Shown piece by piece: positions 15,639-19,383 of a stretch of 19,383 nt of DNA. This DNA is from a virus: UHGV virus genome UHGV-1344012. One strand, given 5' to 3'. The translations under genes were made by a program, and so were the position numbers. The number at the start of each line of letters is the position of its first letter. Positions within the stretch are counted from its first letter, which is position 1. Under the pieces are notes generated by a model. That model did not search any database. It was not told where the DNA came from and saw nothing but the letters and a program-made list of their open reading frames with translations.

Positions 15639-16025
15639 ATGTCCGATCCGATTTCCGGTACTGGGCTGGCTGGTGGTGTCCTGACGGGAGCTAGCGTCTA
15701 TGGATTTCTGTCCGGAACCGATTACGGCGTGGTGTTTGGCGCATTTGCCGGAGCTGTATTTTACATTGCAACAGCTGCGGACCTTAGTGCAACGCGTCGG
15801 CTGGCGTATTTTGTCGTGTCCTACATCGCCGGGATCATCTGCTCAGGGCTGGTGGGTTCAAAGCTGGCTGACTGGACTGGTTACAGTGATAAGCCTCTGG
15901 ATGCCATCGGTGCCGTAATCGTTTCGGCTTTAGCTGTCAAAATCCTGACGTTCCTGAATAACCAGGATGTCGGCTCTTTGGTGGCGCTGATAACGCGCCG
16001 GGGAGGTTCTGGTGGTACTAAATGA
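15639..16025 (+). CDS. Holin-like membrane protein (about 4 predicted TM segments)
   Basis: 128-aa Gly/Ala-rich ORF with several hydrophobic stretches, GAGGGGG RBS, first gene of the lysis cassette upstream of the endolysin. Confidence 0.6.
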   Translation: MSDPISGTGLAGGVLTGASVYGFLSGTDYGVVFGAFAGAVFYIATAADLSATRRLAYFVVSYIAGIICSGLVGSKLADWTGYSDKPLDAIGAVIVSALAVKILTFLNNQDVGSLVALITRRGGSGGTK

Positions 16026-16293
16026 CCCATCGGCAACAATCAACGCTCTTCTATGCGTCGGGGTGGTGATTACCCTGATGTTTTATCGTCGTGGTGATTC
16101 ACGCCATCGTCCGTGGGTTTCGCGTTTAGCCTGGCTAATTACTGTCACGTACAGCGCTGTGCCTCTGGCCTACCTGTGCGGGATTTATCCTCATTCGTCA
16201 TGGGCCACTATTGGGGCCAACATTATTTTCCTTTCCGTGCTAGTGGCCGTCAGAGGCAACGTTGCGCGCCTGGTTGATCATCTGAGGCACTAA
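16012..16293 (+). CDS. Second holin-like membrane protein (3 predicted TM segments)
   Basis: 93-aa ORF starting at GTG 16012 with GGGAGG RBS 5 nt upstream; overlaps the end of the preceding gene and ends at the endolysin start (TAATG). Three hydrophobic helices. Confidence 0.5.
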   Translation: MVLNDPSATINALLCVGVVITLMFYRRGDSRHRPWVSRLAWLITVTYSAVPLAYLCGIYPHSSWATIGANIIFLSVLVAVRGNVARLVDHLRH

Positions 16294-16907
16294 TGAACCA
16301 ATCACAATTTCAAAAGGCGGCTGGCATTAGCGCCGGGTTAGCTGCGCGCTGGTTTCCGCACATTGATGCTGCAATGAAAGAGTTTGGAATCACAGCAGTT
16401 AACGATCAGGCCATGTTCATTGCACAAGTTGGGCATGAATCTGCTGGTTTTACCTCGCTGGTGGAAAGCTTCAACTACTCGGTAGACGGGCTGAAGAAAA
16501 CCTTTAGTAAACGCCTGACGCCTTATCAGTGTGAAATGCTGGGGCGTGTCGATGGTAAGCAGGTAGCCCACCAGCCGCAAATAGCCAATCTGGTTTATGG
16601 TGACCGCATGGGGAATAACAGCCAGGGTGACGGCTGGAAATATCGCGGTCGTGGCCTGCTGCAAATCACTGGTCGTGAGAACTACACCAAATGCGGTACG
16701 GCGCTGAAGCTTGACCTTGTGAGCACTCCGGAACTATTGACGCAAGAGCGACACGCGGCCCGTTCGGCGGCATGGTACTTCACGTTACGCGGTTGTCTCC
16801 TCTATTCGGGGGATGTGGAACGCGTCACGCAGATTATTAACGGCGGGCAGAACGGCATTAAAGACCGCCGTGAACGTTACGCCAAAGCTAAAGCCGCACT
16901 GGTGTGA
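16293..16907 (+). CDS. Endolysin, glycoside hydrolase family 19 (chitinase-like lysozyme)
   Basis: 204-aa ORF with GH19-like conserved regions (…QAMFIAQVGHESAGFTSLVESFNYS…, …GWKYRGRGLLQITGRENY…) as in Salmonella/E. coli phage GH19 endolysins; follows the holin-like genes. Confidence 0.8.
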   Translation: MNQSQFQKAAGISAGLAARWFPHIDAAMKEFGITAVNDQAMFIAQVGHESAGFTSLVESFNYSVDGLKKTFSKRLTPYQCEMLGRVDGKQVAHQPQIANLVYGDRMGNNSQGDGWKYRGRGLLQITGRENYTKCGTALKLDLVSTPELLTQERHAARSAAWYFTLRGCLLYSGDVERVTQIINGGQNGIKDRRERYAKAKAALV

Positions 16908-16914
16908 GGTCACT

Positions 16915-17265
16915 ATGGGACTTGAAATGATTATCGGCCTGATTGTTGCCGCGCTGGCAGCAATTGCAGGTGCCTTTGGTCTGGGTAAATCTCGCGGTAC
17001 CAGTATCGCAGAAACAAAAGCGGACCGTATGGGTTATGAGAGCCTCGACAAAGACGAACAGGCCGCAATCAATCTTCCTGCCTCAATGATTCGCTTGTTG
17101 AAGCAACGAGAGGGCGAAGGGTGGATCGGTGACATCGGAGCTAATTTCGACTCTCGCTCTCACCAGTTCCTGGAAGGCGAGAAAAAACCATTTAACTACC
17201 TGGTCGGTAAGCCGCAAAGCGAGTTTGATCTCGAGTGGGAAGCCAGCAACGTAACGAGGGTTTGA
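16915..17265 (+). CDS. Small membrane-anchored protein in the spanin position (function unknown)
   Basis: 116-aa ORF from ATG 16915 (GAGG RBS) with one N-terminal TM helix (MIIGLIVAALAAIAGAFGL). It lacks the long coiled coil expected of an Rz-type i-spanin, so the spanin role is not supported. Confidence 0.45.
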   Translation: MGLEMIIGLIVAALAAIAGAFGLGKSRGTSIAETKADRMGYESLDKDEQAAINLPASMIRLLKQREGEGWIGDIGANFDSRSHQFLEGEKKPFNYLVGKPQSEFDLEWEASNVTRV

Positions 17266-17268
17266 GAT

Positions 17269-18101
17269 ATGAAACTTGAAGCTTCACTAAAACACTTTAG
17301 CCCTCAGGGTATGCACATCAGCGACGACGTGAAAGGAACCTCTCCGGACCGCCTTACAGGAACAGATGTAATGGCGGCAATTGGCACCACCANNNNNNNN
17401 NNNNNNNNNNNNNNNNNNNNNNNNNNNNNNNNNNNATCAGCAAAACGGATGAACAGCTCGCAGTTCAGGCGCTGGCGCGATATGCGATGGATGTCGCACC
17501 GAAGAATGTTCGCAAAGCAGCTGGTGGGCAGTTCGGATGGTGCATGCAGATGTTGGCACAATTTGCCTTTGCTGATTATTCACGTTCGGCGGCTACAAGC
17601 GTGACGTGTCACAGCTGCAGTGGTACCGGACGAACAACCCGCGAACAGATTACCCGCAAGGTTTCGTACCCATGGGGTAAAGCTCCATACTGGGCCTGCC
17701 GCTCTCGTGCTGTTCGACCGTCTGACTGGGAGCAGTGGATGGAGGTAACAGAGGTTGTACCGGCGGTCTGTGATGCTTGCGAAGGCAAGGGAACGATCAG
17801 CGCCCGTTGTCGTTGCGGCGGTAAAGGCGAGGTTCTAGACCGCAAGGCCACAAGCGAGCGCGGCGCGCCGGTGTTTAAAACCTGCGAGCGCTGCAGCGGA
17901 AATGGATTTTCTGCGGTGCCGTCTACCGCAGCCTATAAAGTGATACTGAAGCGCGTTCCGGATCTGCACGTCAGAACATGGACTCGCAACTGGAAACCGT
18001 TTCTTGAGGCGCTGGTAAGCATTTGTCAGCAGGAGGAGGGAAACGCCGCAAGAGAATTTCAATCTGCAACCAGTTTAGGCGAAGAAGGTGACGAAATTTA
18101 G
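17269..18101 (+). CDS. Second Q-like antiterminator paralog (interrupted by a 43-nt N run)
   Basis: N-terminus (MKLEASLKHFSPQGMHISD…TGTDVMAAIG) and C-terminal Cys-rich region (CHSCSGTG…; CDACEGKG…CRCGGKG…; CERCSGNG; …RTWTRNWKPF…) align with Q1. Span is not a multiple of 3, so the N run (17393-17435) does not reflect true length. GAGGG RBS before ATG 17269. Confidence 0.65.
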
Positions 18102-18190
18102 CATTATTACGACATAAGGCTTGATTTTGTCCGAAGTTGTCGTGTATGCTTCTAATCATGCGGAGTAACGCCTGAAAGATTTCAACAATA

Positions 18191-18211
18191 AGCCCCTTGC
18201 GGGGCTTTTTT
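18191..18211. terminator. Bidirectional intrinsic terminator between Q2 and the convergent orphan gene
   Basis: Perfect hairpin AGCCCC-TTGC-GGGGCT followed by a T-tract on the plus strand and preceded by an A-rich run (T-rich for the minus-strand transcript). The minus-strand gene's stop codon (18210-18212) overlaps the T-tract. Confidence 0.65.
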
Positions 18212-19160
18212 ATGGCAGCGAGTTAACGAAAGAACTGAAAAGGGCCTTATCTTTATTGCTAATTGATTTTTTCAAATGTAGTTGATGATTTAAAGGTTTA
18301 AAGTTTTCCTTTGTGAGATATATACATGCTTTCTCAAAACGATCCTGAAGGAATTGAAATCTTTCATTCAGCCTGGAAACTTTTAATCCTAATGACATGA
18401 CCTTCTTCTCAGGAATATCGTCAGGATTGCAATTATTGAGTTCTTCCAGCACAAGGCGAATATCTCTTTCGAAGATTAGCGCTATGTTATAATCGTTGAG
18501 GAGGCATTCAGGATTACGAACAATGCCAATTACTTCGTCGATGAATTGTGGTTTTACATTATCCTCAGCATTTTCATCTTCGTTATCGGAAGGTTTTTGA
18601 GACATAACATTCGACAACTGCATTTCTTCCTTGGTTTTCCTTCTGGGAAGTAAAACTTTTCCATCTCCTAAAGCAGCCATACGTTTCAAAGCTTGACTCC
18701 CGGCTCGGCCAACTACTTTAGAATCTCTTAAATCTAAAATTTTATGTGCGACCCATTCTAATGATGGTTCACTGGCTTCGATTTTGGCTTTTGCTTGGTA
18801 ATGGAGAAAAATATTTTTCTTGGCTTCCTTGAGGGCTGTTAGATATCTGTGGAAATTTGCCTTTTTCTCGAGGTCAGTGGCTAGGTTTTCAAATGCTATA
18901 CCGAAGACTTTTGTACCGCAAACGTGACCCAGGTTCGTCTCCAGACCATCCTCAGTAAGAACAAGAAACCCTTTTTTATGGCCTGTTCGACAGCTCGACT
19001 TGCCACACGGGATTTCTTCCGGGAGGTCATCATAATAACCAAAAACATCGGATAATTGTTGATCGGTCAGTTCCAGCCTGGAATGATAGCTTTCCCGAGC
19101 TTGAATTTCTGTCCAGTCATTAATGCGATCAAAGCTATTGCCGTTTTTAATAAAAATCAT
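18210..19160 (-). CDS. AT-rich orphan protein of unknown function (316 aa)
   Basis: Long uninterrupted ORF with a GGGA-type RBS before ATG 19158-19160. Visibly AT-rich relative to the phage backbone, with an acidic low-complexity stretch (SDNEDENAEDN) and a Cys/His cluster (PCGKSSCRTGHKKG…GHVCG). No recognisable family by eye. Confidence 0.6.
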   Translation of the reverse strand: MIFIKNGNSFDRINDWTEIQARESYHSRLELTDQQLSDVFGYYDDLPEEIPCGKSSCRTGHKKGFLVLTEDGLETNLGHVCGTKVFGIAFENLATDLEKKANFHRYLTALKEAKKNIFLHYQAKAKIEASEPSLEWVAHKILDLRDSKVVGRAGSQALKRMAALGDGKVLLPRRKTKEEMQLSNVMSQKPSDNEDENAEDNVKPQFIDEVIGIVRNPECLLNDYNIALIFERDIRLVLEELNNCNPDDIPEKKVMSLGLKVSRLNERFQFLQDRFEKACIYLTKENFKPLNHQLHLKKSISNKDKALFSSFVNSLP

Positions 19161-19285
19161 ATCTTCCCTTGCTCTGGTTAGATTGAAAGCACTGCCGCTT
19201 GATATTTAACCATTTCCCTGATTGTTTTTCATCATAAAACCATATTATTGCAAGGGTAGTTTTACCTATGTATCTTCTTGCTCCC

Positions 19286-19362
19286 GGCCCTTTAGCTCAG
19301 TTGGTTAGAGCGTGCGACTCATAATCGCCCGGTCGCTGGTTCAAGTCCAGCAAGGGCCACCA
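19286..19362 (+). tRNA. tRNA with CAU anticodon (Ile2-lysidine type or Met; ileX/ileZ-like)
   Basis: Cloverleaf readable by eye: acceptor GGCCCTT/AAGGGCC, D-arm GCTC-AGTTGGTTA-GAGC, anticodon loop CTCATAA (CAT), T-arm GCTGG-TTCAAGT-CCAGC, discriminator A and encoded CCA. A candidate promoter (TTGCAA 19248-19253, 17-bp spacer, TATCTT) and GC-rich discriminator lie upstream. Confidence 0.85.
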
Positions 19363-19383
19363 GACCGCCACTAGCTCATCGGG

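Noticed and set aside
16813-16914. Extended start (ATG 16813) for the post-endolysin gene, overlapping the endolysin 3' end
   Set aside because: The N-terminal extension is basic and low-complexity, overlaps the endolysin in another frame and has no RBS; ATG 16915 with a GAGG RBS gives a clean TM-initiated protein.
17304-18159. Minus-strand ORFs opposite Q2 (17304-17561, 17609-17851, 17835-18062, 17971-18159)
   Set aside because: They are antisense to the Q2 paralog, whose frame is supported by alignment with Q1; translations are Arg/Ser-rich and one runs through the N run.
19286-19362. The tRNA as the integration site (attB-derived) for the integrase at 74-1387
   Set aside because: Integrases that target tRNA genes use the tRNA 3' end, which here points away from the element, and the integrase is 19 kb away at the opposite end. 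No copy of the tRNA 3' sequence is visible at positions 1-73.

Overview
This window is about 19 kb of a lambdoid (P22/lambda-like) prophage or prophage remnant, with gene content typical of Enterobacteriaceae. All calls are from reading the sequence and ORF track by eye; no searches were run, so family names are recalled rather than verified. Layout: a leftward early operon (74-7324, minus strand) running integrase, excisionase, DEDDh exonuclease, several unknown proteins, an HD-domain phosphohydrolase and a DUF2303/YfdQ-like protein; an immunity region with a P22 C2-like repressor (7962-8588), operators and Cro (8688-8879); then a rightward operon with a CII-like regulator, an O-like replication initiator carrying internal iterons, Dam-type methyltransferase, RusA, an antirepressor, a DUF968 protein and a Q-like antiterminator with its late promoter and terminator. 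Downstream are an AT-rich membrane-protein cargo gene, two holin-like genes, a GH19 endolysin, a second paralogous Q-like gene with its own promoter/terminator, a convergent AT-rich 316-aa orphan gene and a CAU-anticodon tRNA (19286-19362). No structural genes, N-like antiterminator or helicase loader are visible. The two AT-rich single-gene cargo loci (15014-15550 and 18210-19160) are the best candidates for undescribed accessory functions; the sequence alone does not establish a system. Five N runs interrupt the sequence and make some gene boundaries unreliable.
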